A DNA stretch of 64,000 nucleotides. Origin: Nioella aestuarii. Its GTDB lineage: Bacteria > Pseudomonadota > Alphaproteobacteria > Rhodobacterales > Rhodobacteraceae. The translations under genes and the position numbers were made by a program. The DNA is taken from NCBI RefSeq assembly GCF_050896395.1, contig NZ_JBPBBA010000015.1:10104-74103 (forward strand), written 5' to 3'. This document shows, piece by piece, positions 19,528-29,258 of this stretch (positions within the stretch are counted from its first letter, which is position 1; the number at the start of each line of letters is the position of its first letter). Under the pieces are notes generated by a model. The model was given only the letters and a program-made list of their open reading frames with translations, was not told the origin of the DNA and ran no database searches.

Positions 19528-22035
19528 TTAGCCGTCCTTGCGGATGGTCTCGTTTTTTGGATCGTAGGGGCTGTCGCAGGTCACGACCGCATCCCACAAC
19601 TCGTCCAGCATCTTGACCCTCAACTTGGTGCCTTCCACCGCAAGCTCGGGCTTCACATAGCCCATGCCGATGGACTTCTCGAAAGCCACGGAATAGCCGC
19701 CCGAGGTCAGGCGACCCACGCGGGTTCCATCCTCTGCATAGAGCGCCTCGCGCCCCCAGGGGTCAGCGTCCGACGGACCGTCGATCAACAGCGTTACGCA
19801 TTTGGAACGGATGCCTTTGGCCTCCATCTCGGCCTTGCCGTGGAAGTCTTTCGACAGGTCCACAAAGCGCGGCAGGTCGGCTTCCAGCGGGGTCGCGTCG
19901 CGGCCCAGTTCGGTGCCGAAGGCGCGGTAGGATTTTTCCTGCCGCAGCCAGTTCTGAGCGCGTGCACCGACAAGCTTCATGCCGTGCTTTGCGCCAGCTT
20001 TATCAAGCAGATCAAAGAGATAGTTCTGCATTTCGATCGGGTGATGCAATTCCCAGCCAAGCTCACCCGTGTAGGCCACGCGGATCGCGTTCACCGGGCA
20101 CATACCCAGTTCGATCTGGCGGGCAGAGAGCCACGGGAAGCGCTTGTTCGAGAGGGCCGTCGCAGGATCAGCGTCCTTGATGACCTCGTTCAGCACATCG
20201 CGCGACTTCGGTCCGGCGATCGCAAATACGCCCCACTGGGTGGTCACGTCCTGGATCTCGATATAGCCGAATTCCTCCATCTTGTCCTCGGCCGCCTTGC
20301 GCAGGAAGTCGGCATCATACTCCGTCCAGGCCCCGGCAGAGACGAGGTAGTAGTTGTTCTCGCCATTGCGCACGATGGTGTATTCGGTGCGCGTGGTGCC
20401 CGCGCTGGTCAGCGCGTAGGTCAGGTTGATCCGGCCCACTTTCGGCAGCTTGTTGCAGGTGAACCAATCCAGGAACGCCGTCGCACCGGGGCCCTTGACC
20501 ACGTGCTTGGTAAAGGCGGTCGCATCGATCAGACCGACGCCCTCGCGGATCGCCTTTGCCTCTTCCACCGCATATTGCCACCAGCCGCCACGGCGGAAGC
20601 TGCGGGCGTCATGGTCGAAGTTCTCGGGTGCGTCGAGCGGCCCGTAATAGTTGGGGCGTTCCCAGCCATTCACAAACCCGAACTGCGCGCCGCGCGCTTT
20701 CTGCCGGTCATAGGCGGGCGCAGTGCGCAGCGGGCGGCAGGCTTCACGCTCTTCATCCGGGTGGTGCAGAATGTAGACGTGTTCGTAGCATTCCTCGTTC
20801 TTGCGCGCGGCGAACTCGGTGGTCATCCAGTTCTGGCTGTAGCGCTTGGGGTCAAGGCTGGCCATGTCGATCTCGGCTTCGCCATCGACCATCATCTGGG
20901 CAAGGTAATAGCCGGTGCCGCCCGCTGCGGTGATCCCGAAGGAAAAGCCCTCGGCAAGCCACATGTTGCGCAGGCCCGGTGCGGGGCCGACCAGCGGGTT
21001 GCCATCGGGCGTGTAGCAAATCGGGCCGTTGAAATCGTCTTTCAGGCCGGATTCAGCGCAGGACGGAACCCGTTCCGCCATCGCCATGTACTGATCGGCA
21101 ATCCGGTCGAGGTCGAGCGGGAAGAGGTCCGCGCGGAAGCTGTCCGGCACGCCATATTCAAAGCGCGCGGGCGCGCCGTGTTCGTAAATGCCCAGGATCC
21201 AGCCGCCGCGTTCTTCGCGGGCGTAGGATTCGTTGTCGGCATCGCGCACGACGGGATGTTCCGGATTGCCCGCTTCGCGCCATTTCACAAGCTCGGGGTC
21301 CTGGTCCATGACGATGAAGGTATGCTCCACCGGGATCGCTGGCATCTTGATACCCAGCATCTTGGCGGTGCGCTGCGCATGGTTGCCGGATGCGGTCACG
21401 ACATGTTCGGCGGTGATCACCACCTGTTCATCGGAAGGAATAAGGTTGCCGCCCTTTTCCACCATCTTGGTGCAGGTCACTTCCCAGTGGGTGCCATTCC
21501 AATGGAAGGCATCGGCCTGCATCTTGCGCACAATCTCAACCCCGCGCTGGCGGGCACCCTTGGCCATCGCCTGGGTCACATCGGCGGGGTTAATGTAGCC
21601 GTCCTCGGTGTGGTAGATCGCGCCCTTCAGATCGGACGTCTCGATCAGCGGCCAGCGTTCCTTGATCTGATCCGGGGTCAGCCATTCGTATTTGACGCCG
21701 CAGGTTTCAGCGGTGGACGCGTAGAGCATGTATTCGTCCATACGCTCTTGCGTCTGTGCCATGCGCAGGTTGCCAACCACCGCAAAGCCCGCATTCAGAC
21801 CGGTTTCTTCTTCCAGCGTCTTGTAGAAATCGACCGAATACTGGTGGATATGGGTGGTTGCGAAGCTCATGTTGAAGAGCGGCAGCAGGCCAGCGGCGTG
21901 CCAGGTGGAGCCGGAGGTCAGCTCGTCACGTTCCAGCAGCATCACATCGGACCAGCCTGCTTTGGCAAGATGATAGGCGATCGAGGTGCCAACGGCACCA
22001 CCGCCGACGACAAGGGCTTTGACTTGGGTTTTCAT
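19528..22035 (-). CDS. Dimethylglycine / sarcosine dehydrogenase family flavoprotein (FAD oxidoreductase plus GcvT-like aminomethyltransferase domain)
   Basis: An 835-aa ORF. N-terminal VVGGGAVGTSIAYHLAK FAD-binding motif, a covalent-FAD-type region, and a C-terminal folate-binding T-protein-like domain. The plus-strand ORF 19840..22116 is its antisense shadow. Confidence 0.85.
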   Translation of the reverse strand: MKTQVKALVVGGGAVGTSIAYHLAKAGWSDVMLLERDELTSGSTWHAAGLLPLFNMSFATTHIHQYSVDFYKTLEEETGLNAGFAVVGNLRMAQTQERMDEYMLYASTAETCGVKYEWLTPDQIKERWPLIETSDLKGAIYHTEDGYINPADVTQAMAKGARQRGVEIVRKMQADAFHWNGTHWEVTCTKMVEKGGNLIPSDEQVVITAEHVVTASGNHAQRTAKMLGIKMPAIPVEHTFIVMDQDPELVKWREAGNPEHPVVRDADNESYAREERGGWILGIYEHGAPARFEYGVPDSFRADLFPLDLDRIADQYMAMAERVPSCAESGLKDDFNGPICYTPDGNPLVGPAPGLRNMWLAEGFSFGITAAGGTGYYLAQMMVDGEAEIDMASLDPKRYSQNWMTTEFAARKNEECYEHVYILHHPDEEREACRPLRTAPAYDRQKARGAQFGFVNGWERPNYYGPLDAPENFDHDARSFRRGGWWQYAVEEAKAIREGVGLIDATAFTKHVVKGPGATAFLDWFTCNKLPKVGRINLTYALTSAGTTRTEYTIVRNGENNYYLVSAGAWTEYDADFLRKAAEDKMEEFGYIEIQDVTTQWGVFAIAGPKSRDVLNEVIKDADPATALSNKRFPWLSARQIELGMCPVNAIRVAYTGELGWELHHPIEMQNYLFDLLDKAGAKHGMKLVGARAQNWLRQEKSYRAFGTELGRDATPLEADLPRFVDLSKDFHGKAEMEAKGIRSKCVTLLIDGPSDADPWGREALYAEDGTRVGRLTSGGYSVAFEKSIGMGYVKPELAVEGTKLRVKMLDELWDAVVTCDSPYDPKNETIRKDG

Positions 22036-22164
22036 TGGGCGCGACTCCGGGCCAGATTTTCTGCCGGTAATGTGCCGAATTGCGCGGATCAGTGCGAAGG
22101 GCAGCCGACCAGATAACGCGAGAATCCGACACCGGACCGGGTTTTTGACGACATGCCGCGCGGA

Positions 22165-22701
22165 TCAGTCCCCGGCAAGGCCATTTCTGCGGGCCCGGAT
22201 CACCGCGACGATCATGTAGACCGCCCCCGAAACGAGGCCGATCATGCCTGCCAAATAGCTGGTGTCATGCATCAGCCCGGCCCGCACGAAGCCCTGAACA
22301 TCCTCCACCGCCGCAGGAATGTGAAAAAGGCGGTACTGCGACGGGTCTGTAGGAACCAGAAGGCTTGCAACGCCAAGCACCAGCGTGATCGTCACAACCA
22401 CCAGCGCGGCCTTCACGAACGCGCCAAACATCTGCCGCGCTGTTGGCATGGCCAGCGACAGGGCAGCAATGGGAACCCCGATCACCAACCCCATCCACCA
22501 GCTCGCCCGCCACCCGACAATGGCCGCCCCGACCCGGTGGGGCAGCGCCTCGGCGATGTTGAACTGGTGGAACTTGAAGGCGTGAAAATAGTCGGGGCCG
22601 ACCGTATAGCTGATCTGGTTGTGAACCATGCCGTAGGTGCCCGCCAACAGGCACGCAAGGACGAGGAGGAACGGCAGAGCAAAGAGCTTAGCCATGACCA
22701 T
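22165..22701 (-). CDS. Hypothetical integral membrane protein
   Basis: A 178-aa ORF with about 5 hydrophobic segments. No recognisable family. Confidence 0.4.
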   Translation of the reverse strand: MVMAKLFALPFLLVLACLLAGTYGMVHNQISYTVGPDYFHAFKFHQFNIAEALPHRVGAAIVGWRASWWMGLVIGVPIAALSLAMPTARQMFGAFVKAALVVVTITLVLGVASLLVPTDPSQYRLFHIPAAVEDVQGFVRAGLMHDTSYLAGMIGLVSGAVYMIVAVIRARRNGLAGD

Positions 22702-22711
22702 TGCTTGCGCG

Positions 22712-22799
22712 TGAAAATCCTTCGGGAAGGATTTTCAAGGCAGCCCAAAATTCTTCAGGAAGAATTTTGCGACGGGAAGAAAATTCCGGAATTTTCTTC
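22712..22799. repeat. Tandem array of three perfect AT-rich palindromes (24, 22 and 24 bp) between two minus-strand genes
   Basis: The three units are GAAAATCCTTCGGGAAGGATTTTC, AAAATTCTTCAGGAAGAATTTT and GAAGAAAATTCCGGAATTTTCTTC. Arms are 10-12 bp with 0-2 nt centres. The array is related to those at 48483..48570 and 34659..34754. Confidence 0.8.
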
Positions 22800-22812
22800 T
22801 GGTTGCACATGG

Positions 22813-23799
22813 TCACAGCATGCTCGGCACGACCAGATCGGGCGGCCGATGACCGTCATTGAAGGTCTTGATATTGATGATCACCTTCTCGCCCATCTCG
22901 ACCCGGCCTTCCACGGTGGCCGAGCCCATATGGGGCAACAACACCACATTATCCAACTCGCGCAGGCGCGGGTTAACGTCCTTGCCGTGTTCGAACACAT
23001 CAAGCCCGGCCCCGGCAATATCGCCAGAACGCAACATGCGGGTCAGGGCGTTTTCGTCGATGACCTCTCCGCGAGATGTATTCACGATCACCGCCGAAGG
23101 CTTCATCAGCTTCAGCCGCCGTGCGTTCATCAGGTGGAAGGTCGAGGGCGTGTGCGGGCAGTTGATCGACAAGATATCGACGCGCGCGATCATCTGGTCG
23201 AGGCTTTCCCAATAGGTCGCTTCCAGATCCGCCTCGATGTCTTCATGCAGGCGGCGACGGTTGTGGTAATGCACCTGCATCCCAAACACCGCAGCGCGAC
23301 GGGCAACGGCCTGGCCGATCCGGCCCATACCGAGAATGCCCAATCGTTTGCCGCCGATACGCCCGCCCATGAACGCCGTAGGCGACCAGCCGTCCCATTT
23401 CCCGGCCTGCATCACGGCCAGTCCTTCGGGGATACGGCGGGTCACAGCCAGGATCAGGGCCAGCGTCATGTCTGCGGTATCTTCTGTCACAACACCTGGC
23501 GTGTTGGATACGAGAATGCCCCGCTGACGGGCAGTGTGCACGTCGATATGGTCAACCCCTGCGCCATAGTTCGCAATGAGCTTCAGTTTCTCACCCGCCT
23601 GTCCCAGCAAACCCGCATCAATGTGGTCGGTGACACAGGGCACCAGAATATCGGCACGGTTCATCGCCGCCACCAGGTCCGAGCGGGACATCGGGCGATC
23701 ATCATCGCGCAATTCCACGTCGAACAGTTCCGACATCCGTGTTTCAACCGCTTCGGGCAACCGTCGCGTTACGACAACACTCAGCTTCTGACCTGGCAT
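22813..23799 (-). CDS. D-isomer-specific 2-hydroxyacid dehydrogenase (glyoxylate/hydroxypyruvate reductase type)
   Basis: NAD-binding GILGMGRIGQAVARRA motif, catalytic-region conservation, 328 aa. Confidence 0.85.
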   Translation of the reverse strand: MPGQKLSVVVTRRLPEAVETRMSELFDVELRDDDRPMSRSDLVAAMNRADILVPCVTDHIDAGLLGQAGEKLKLIANYGAGVDHIDVHTARQRGILVSNTPGVVTEDTADMTLALILAVTRRIPEGLAVMQAGKWDGWSPTAFMGGRIGGKRLGILGMGRIGQAVARRAAVFGMQVHYHNRRRLHEDIEADLEATYWESLDQMIARVDILSINCPHTPSTFHLMNARRLKLMKPSAVIVNTSRGEVIDENALTRMLRSGDIAGAGLDVFEHGKDVNPRLRELDNVVLLPHMGSATVEGRVEMGEKVIINIKTFNDGHRPPDLVVPSML

Positions 23800-23948
23800 C
23801 CCGTCATTCCCTTTGTCTGGCGTTTCAGCCCTTGGCGTGACACTCTCTCATCCTAGGCAGGGGTGCAAGACGCAGGCACCCCTACAGCGACAAAAACACC
23901 GGAAAGACCGCATCAGAGCGGCACAGGTGCGGGCAGGCAGTGCAAGTG

Positions 23949-24458
23949 ATGAAACGCAAAATATCGGGCGTGTTCCTGGCGGTGATTCTGGGCTTGGCAG
24001 CGACGGTCGCCTCTGCGCAAGAGGTCGACCAGCGTGGACCCGTCACGGGCTTTCCCCTGCCCCGCTATGTCTCGATCCAGGCCTCAGAGGCCTATGCCCG
24101 TCGCGGCCCGTCGCGCAGCCACAGGATAGACTGGGTATTTCAGCGCCGCAACATGCCGATGCAGGTGGTAGCGGAACATGAACACTGGCGCCGGGTCATC
24201 GACCGGGACGGGGCTGGTGGCTGGATGCATTACTCGCTGCTGTCGGGCATTCGCACCGCGATCGTGGAGGTCGACATGCTGGAGCTGCACCAGCGGCCTG
24301 ATCCGGCCTCCCCCGTCACGGCACAGGCAGAGCTTGGCGTGATTGCCTTTCTCGATGAATGCAACGGCAGTTGGTGCCGCCTGAATGTGGGCGGTCATCG
24401 CGGATGGGTGCCGATGGAATCGCTGTGGGGTGTCGACCCCGGTGAGGTGTTCGACTAA
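23949..24458 (+). CDS. Secreted bacterial SH3-like domain protein
   Basis: ATG at 23949 with the signal peptide MKRKISGVFLAVILGLAATVASAQ. The track ORF starts 9 nt upstream at a GTG. Confidence 0.55.
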   Translation: MKRKISGVFLAVILGLAATVASAQEVDQRGPVTGFPLPRYVSIQASEAYARRGPSRSHRIDWVFQRRNMPMQVVAEHEHWRRVIDRDGAGGWMHYSLLSGIRTAIVEVDMLELHQRPDPASPVTAQAELGVIAFLDECNGSWCRLNVGGHRGWVPMESLWGVDPGEVFD

Positions 24459-25591
24459 CCCGCGCGGCGCATCAGGGTCAGAAACCCGGGGATCATCAAC
24501 AAAAGCAGGGCCACGAAACCGAACGAGACCCTGAGACCAAAGCCCTGTGCGATGAACCCCATGACCGGCGGCCCGATAAAGAAGCCGAAATAGCCGATGG
24601 TTGTAACCCGGCTGATGACATAGGCCCGCGCGTCATCACTGGCCAATCGGCCTGCCAGCGCCAGGAGCATCGGCGCGATGGTCGAGACGCCAAGACCCAG
24701 AATGGCAAATCCCGCATAGGCCACCAGCGGCGCCGGGGCGATGGCCACCAGCAGCGCCCCGCAGGCGGTGACAAGCGCGCTCCAGAACACGACGCGGGTT
24801 TCTGAAAGGCGGCCTACCACCAGCTGCCCGGTAAAGCGGCCGATTCCCATGGTCAGGCCAAGCATTGCCGGACCAAGCGCACCCTCTGCGGCGCCGCCGC
24901 CCAAAGTACGCTCCACATGCAGTGCCGACCATCCTTCGGTTGCGTTCTCGGCCAGGAACGCCACCAGAACGATCAGCCCCCCCCACATCACAACACCACC
25001 GAATCGCCCTCGGGCAGCTTTGGCGGTGCCGTGGCTTTCCGCTCCGTCGCTGGACATCATGAAGGCAGATGCAATCAGGGTGAGAACGCCAAGCACCGCG
25101 AAAACCGGTGCAGGTGGCAAACCTGCCTCTCGCGCAAGACCGGCAGAGATGGCGGATGCCGCGTAGGCAAAGGAAAACATCGCGTGGTTGAGGTTCATCA
25201 AAGAGGCCCCAAGCCGCGACTCGGTGCGGGACAGGCGGGTGTTCATCACCACATCCTGCAAGCCCGACCCGGCCCCGGCGAAGAACATCAACGCCGCAAA
25301 GACGGGCACCGAGGCCACCCACATTGGTGCCTGAAAGGCCAACGCCAGCAGGACCGAGGCCAGTGTCACCGCATAGCGCCCGAAGCGCGCGGCAAAAACA
25401 GGCGCACTCAGCATCGCCGTCACTGCCCCAGTGGCCGTTACCAGCATAGCCAGCCCGAACTCGCCATCGCTGGCGCCGATATACGCCTTTATCTGCGGCA
25501 CATATGCGGCAAACGCCCCCCAATAGATGCCTTGCACGGCGAAGGCCGGCAGGTCATTACGAGACAGGGATATGGCGCGCAGGATCGACAT
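24455..25591 (-). CDS. MFS transporter
   Basis: The likely start is MSILRAISLS at 25591; the track ORF extends further upstream to 25675. It has 12 predicted TM segments. Confidence 0.7.
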   Translation of the reverse strand: MSILRAISLSRNDLPAFAVQGIYWGAFAAYVPQIKAYIGASDGEFGLAMLVTATGAVTAMLSAPVFAARFGRYAVTLASVLLALAFQAPMWVASVPVFAALMFFAGAGSGLQDVVMNTRLSRTESRLGASLMNLNHAMFSFAYAASAISAGLAREAGLPPAPVFAVLGVLTLIASAFMMSSDGAESHGTAKAARGRFGGVVMWGGLIVLVAFLAENATEGWSALHVERTLGGGAAEGALGPAMLGLTMGIGRFTGQLVVGRLSETRVVFWSALVTACGALLVAIAPAPLVAYAGFAILGLGVSTIAPMLLALAGRLASDDARAYVISRVTTIGYFGFFIGPPVMGFIAQGFGLRVSFGFVALLLLMIPGFLTLMRRAG

Positions 25592-25748
25592 AATCGGGCG
25601 CTTGTCACGGTCCGTGGCCCGACGCAAGTTCCAAAGCGCAGATTCATCGCGCTTGGCCCCTTTCCAAACCCTCAAGGGTCGTCTATAGGCACGGCTTCAA
25701 CCGGGCGGACACCCTTGGAGGCCGCCCTTTATCATATGGAGAATAGCT

Positions 25749-26390
25749 ATGGCTGGAGAGATTAAAGATCTCGTCGCCGAGGCACGGACGGGGACAGGCA
25801 AGGGGGCCGCTCGTCAAGCACGCCGCAACGGTATGGTGCCCGGAGTTGTCTATGGCGGTGGTGCAGACCCCGTTGCAATTCAGATCCCCTTCAATGTGCT
25901 TCTGAAGCACCTGAAAGCAGGCCGCTTCCTGGCGCAGCTTTTCAACCTGAAGGTTGAAGGCCAGGAAGATGTGCGCGTGATCTGCCGCGGCGTTCAGCGT
26001 GACGTCGTGAAAGACCTGCCCACCCATGTCGACCTGATGCGCCTGCGCCGCACGAGCCGCGTCAACCTGTTCATTCCGGTTGAGTTCGTTGGCGAAGAGG
26101 TTGCACCCGGCATCAAGAAAGGTGGCGTTGTCACCGTGGTCCGTCCGGAAGTTGAACTGCGCGTAACCGCAGGCGACATCCCGGAAAAGATCACCGTGGA
26201 CCTGTCGACCCTCAACATCGGTGACGTCGTGACCATTTCCGACGTGACCCTGCCCGAGGGCGCACGCCCGACCATCGACCGCGACTTCGTGATCGCCAAC
26301 ATCGCCGCCCCCTCGGGTCTGGCACGTGGCGGCAGCGACGAAGACGAAGGTGAAGAGGGTGAAGCCGAAGAGGCAGCCGCAGAGGAATAA
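25749..26390 (+). CDS. rplY: 50S ribosomal protein L25 / general stress protein Ctc
   Basis: A 213-aa ORF with L25/Ctc family sequence and the acidic C-terminal tail typical of alphaproteobacterial Ctc. Confidence 0.85.
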   Translation: MAGEIKDLVAEARTGTGKGAARQARRNGMVPGVVYGGGADPVAIQIPFNVLLKHLKAGRFLAQLFNLKVEGQEDVRVICRGVQRDVVKDLPTHVDLMRLRRTSRVNLFIPVEFVGEEVAPGIKKGGVVTVVRPEVELRVTAGDIPEKITVDLSTLNIGDVVTISDVTLPEGARPTIDRDFVIANIAAPSGLARGGSDEDEGEEGEAEEAAAEE

Positions 26391-26420
26391 TCCTCGCGGT
26401 CCACTGATCGGACATGAAAT

Positions 26421-26461
26421 GGCGCGGCCTGTCCCCACCGGGATGGGCCGCGTTTTCTTTT
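26421..26461 (+). terminator. Rho-independent terminator after rplY
   Basis: GCGGCC...GGCCGC hairpin followed by TTTTCTTTT. Confidence 0.6.
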
Positions 26462-26464
26462 GGC

Positions 26465-27145
26465 CTAGCCGTTGCGCCTGACCCGCCGAAACCCCAGGAC
26501 ACGCCCGCGTGAGGTGGCCGGGTCATAGGTCAGGCCTGAATCCGACATGCAATCCACGATCCGTTTGATCACCCTGTCGGAATATCGGGGTGGGTGCAGT
26601 TCCAGTACCAGAAAGCGCAACTCGGGGTTCCAAGGCTGATCGAACAGCCTCTCTTCCGCGCCTTCGATATCCATCATCACCAGTTCTGGCCGATGGTCAT
26701 ACAGCAAGCTTTCCAGGCCAAGGCTCGGAACCTCGACAATCTCATCTTCTGGTGCCCCGGATCGCGCAAGGCTGGCCCCCAGGATGGCGCGCGGCACCTG
26801 GAACGCGGCCTTGCCGCCGCCCTCGCCCTGCATCACTGCACCGTGCATCAGCCGGATGCCCCCTTGCCCGTTGCGGTCAAACGTATCGCGCAGCACCGGC
26901 AGCAAGGCCGGGTTTGCCTCGACACTTAGAACATTGTCAGCCCCAGCAACCCGCGCCGCCAGAACGCTGACCACCCCTAGCCCCGCGCCGAGGTCCAATA
27001 CCCGCATCCCCGGCCCAACCCGGCACATCACGGCGGCGATCTCGTCTGCCTCATAGCTGCCATCCGCCAATCGGGTGGACAACGCCTTGGTCGCCAGCGC
27101 CTCCGGCAGATCAATCGACACGTCGTGAAGGGTGAAAACCGGCAT
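26465..27145 (-). CDS. FkbM-family methyltransferase
   Basis: A 226-aa ORF with the SAM-binding motif VLDLGAGLGVVS. It is encoded on the strand opposite its neighbours rplY and pth. Confidence 0.65.
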   Translation of the reverse strand: MPVFTLHDVSIDLPEALATKALSTRLADGSYEADEIAAVMCRVGPGMRVLDLGAGLGVVSVLAARVAGADNVLSVEANPALLPVLRDTFDRNGQGGIRLMHGAVMQGEGGGKAAFQVPRAILGASLARSGAPEDEIVEVPSLGLESLLYDHRPELVMMDIEGAEERLFDQPWNPELRFLVLELHPPRYSDRVIKRIVDCMSDSGLTYDPATSRGRVLGFRRVRRNG

Positions 27146-27219
27146 ATGCCCCCTGCTCGTTGATCCCTCGTCCAGTCATGCCTATAGGACTGAGCAGGCA
27201 ATTTGAATGCGAGGATGCC

Positions 27220-27906
27220 ATGAAACTCTGGGTTGGTCTTGGGAACCCCGGTGCGAAATACGCGGGCAACCGGCACAATATCGGCTTCATGGCGCTGGAC
27301 CGGGTGGCCGAGGATCACGGCTTTGCGCCGTGGCGTAGCAAGTTTCAGGCCAGCCTGAGCGAAGGGAAGTTCGGATCGGAGAAGGTCCTGCTGCTGAAAC
27401 CCGAAACCTTCATGAACCTGTCCGGGCAATCCGTGGGCGAGGCGATGCGGTTCTACAAGCTGGACTCGACTGATATCACCGTGTTTCACGACGAACTGGA
27501 CCTCGCCCCCGGAAAGTGCCGGGTAAAGGCGGGTGGCGGTCATGCGGGTCACAACGGGCTGCGCTCGATCCATCAGCATATCGGTCCGCACTACGACCGG
27601 GTGCGGCTTGGCATTGGCCATCCTGGCCATAAGGACCGTGTGGCGCCCTATGTTCTGTCCGATTTTGCCAAGGCCGATCAGGACTGGCTTGACGATCTGC
27701 TGCGCGGGATTTCCGACGGCGCGCCAGAGCTTGCGCGCGGCGACACTGGTCGCTTCATGAACGCCGTCGCCCTGCGAACCGCCCCGCCCCGATCTTCGGG
27801 CAGCGACAAACCCAAGCCCGCCGCCAAGCCACCCGAAGCAGAGCCCGAGGCAGAGTCAGAAGACAACAGGTCCGCATTGCAGAAGCTGGTGGACCGCTTC
27901 CGTTGA
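27220..27906 (+). CDS. pth: Peptidyl-tRNA hydrolase
   Basis: MKLWVGLGNPGAKYAGNRHNIGF start with GAGGA upstream. It has an alphaproteobacterial-type Pro/Ala/Glu-rich C-terminal extension. The track ORF starts 60 nt upstream. Confidence 0.85.
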   Translation: MKLWVGLGNPGAKYAGNRHNIGFMALDRVAEDHGFAPWRSKFQASLSEGKFGSEKVLLLKPETFMNLSGQSVGEAMRFYKLDSTDITVFHDELDLAPGKCRVKAGGGHAGHNGLRSIHQHIGPHYDRVRLGIGHPGHKDRVAPYVLSDFAKADQDWLDDLLRGISDGAPELARGDTGRFMNAVALRTAPPRSSGSDKPKPAAKPPEAEPEAESEDNRSALQKLVDRFR

Positions 27907-27987
27907 CCTGCTGCCTGACGTTGGGTCAGGATTGCCGCGTGCGGCACTGCCATGTTCTGCTTTCGCGCATCCAAAAGGGGGCACGCA

Positions 27988-29253
27988 ATGCGTCGTCGTA
28001 TCATAAAACTACTGGTTCGGATTCTTCTGATATTCCTTATCGTTACCGCCACAGCCGGCTGGTACATGCGCGAGGAAATTCAGCGGCTTTGGGCGGTTAA
28101 CTCGCTCTTTGATGCAGAGCTTATCGTTCACAATTTCAGCCATATGGACGAGGCTTTCCTGAACGTTGAGGTGCCGCGCGGTTCGGGCCCCGCCAGCTCG
28201 CTGCCCGAGGGAGAGCCCGCAGAGCTGCCCGCCGACGTGACAGAATGGATCGAAGAGCGTGCGGTGACCTCGCTATTGGTGCTGCAAGGCGGCCAGATCC
28301 GGCACGAGAGCTATCATCTGGGCACCGCGCCGTCAGATCAGCGGATATCGTGGTCGGTCGCCAAAAGCTTTCTCTCCGCATTGATGGGCACGTTGGTCGA
28401 TGACGGCACAATCCCGGAACTGGGCGCGCAAGTAACGGACTACGTCCCGATGCTGGCCGGGTCCGCATATGATGGCGCGACAATTCTGGACGTCCTGCAA
28501 ATGTCGTCCGGCGTGACCTTCGACGAGGACTATCTGGACTACGATTCAGACATCAACCGAATGGGGCGCGAGATCGCCCTTGGCGGCACGCTGGATGGCT
28601 TTGCCGCAGCACTGACCGAAAACGACCGCCCTGCGGGTGAGCAGTGGCAATATGTGTCCATCGACACCCATGTGATCGGCATGGTGATCCGGGGGGCAAC
28701 CGGCCGCGATATTCCTTCTCTGTTGTCAGAGCGTATCATCCAGCCGCTCGGCATGGACAGTACCCCTTATTATCTGACCGATGGTGAGGGCGTCGCCTTC
28801 GTACTTGGCGGGCTGAACATGACAACGCGCGACTATGCGCGGTTAGGGCTGCTCTTTCTGAACAATGGCGAATATGACGGCCAAAGGATCCTGTCACCGG
28901 ACTGGGTTGCGGCCTCGACAACCGCATCGGCCAACACCGCACCCGGTGAGATCGGTTATGGGTACCAGTGGTGGATTCCCGTAGGGTCAGAACCTGGGCA
29001 GTTCATGGCGCGTGGTATCTACGGCCAGTATATCTATGTCGATCAACTCAATGACGTGGTCATTGCAACAACCGGCGCCGACCGGCAGTTCCGCGATGCC
29101 GGCATCAACGAAGAAAACGTGCGCATCTTTCGCCTGATTGCCGATAGCCTCGCTCCACCGGAACCGGAACCGGAACCAGAGCCCGAACCGGAACCCCTTT
29201 CAGAGCCGCAGCCGGAGTCAGAGCCGGACCAGCAACCGGAGGACGGCCAGTGA
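27988..29253 (+). CDS. Serine hydrolase of the beta-lactamase / PBP family with an N-terminal membrane anchor and a C-terminal (PE)n low-complexity tail
   Basis: The ISWSVAKSF motif (S-x-x-K) occurs after a hydrophobic anchor. The tail reads APPEPEPEPEPEPEPEPLSEPQPESEPDQQPEDGQ and is encoded by a CCGGAA-type hexanucleotide run. Confidence 0.7.
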   Translation: MRRRIIKLLVRILLIFLIVTATAGWYMREEIQRLWAVNSLFDAELIVHNFSHMDEAFLNVEVPRGSGPASSLPEGEPAELPADVTEWIEERAVTSLLVLQGGQIRHESYHLGTAPSDQRISWSVAKSFLSALMGTLVDDGTIPELGAQVTDYVPMLAGSAYDGATILDVLQMSSGVTFDEDYLDYDSDINRMGREIALGGTLDGFAAALTENDRPAGEQWQYVSIDTHVIGMVIRGATGRDIPSLLSERIIQPLGMDSTPYYLTDGEGVAFVLGGLNMTTRDYARLGLLFLNNGEYDGQRILSPDWVAASTTASANTAPGEIGYGYQWWIPVGSEPGQFMARGIYGQYIYVDQLNDVVIATTGADRQFRDAGINEENVRIFRLIADSLAPPEPEPEPEPEPEPLSEPQPESEPDQQPEDGQ

Positions 29254-29258
29254 CAAAA

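Noticed and set aside
19840-22116. 758-aa plus-strand ORF
   Set aside because: Antisense of the dimethylglycine-dehydrogenase-family gene. Long antisense ORFs like this are typical of high-GC DNA.
22153-23856. 567-aa plus-strand ORF
   Set aside because: Antisense of the 2-hydroxyacid dehydrogenase and membrane-protein genes. His/Arg-rich nonsense translation.
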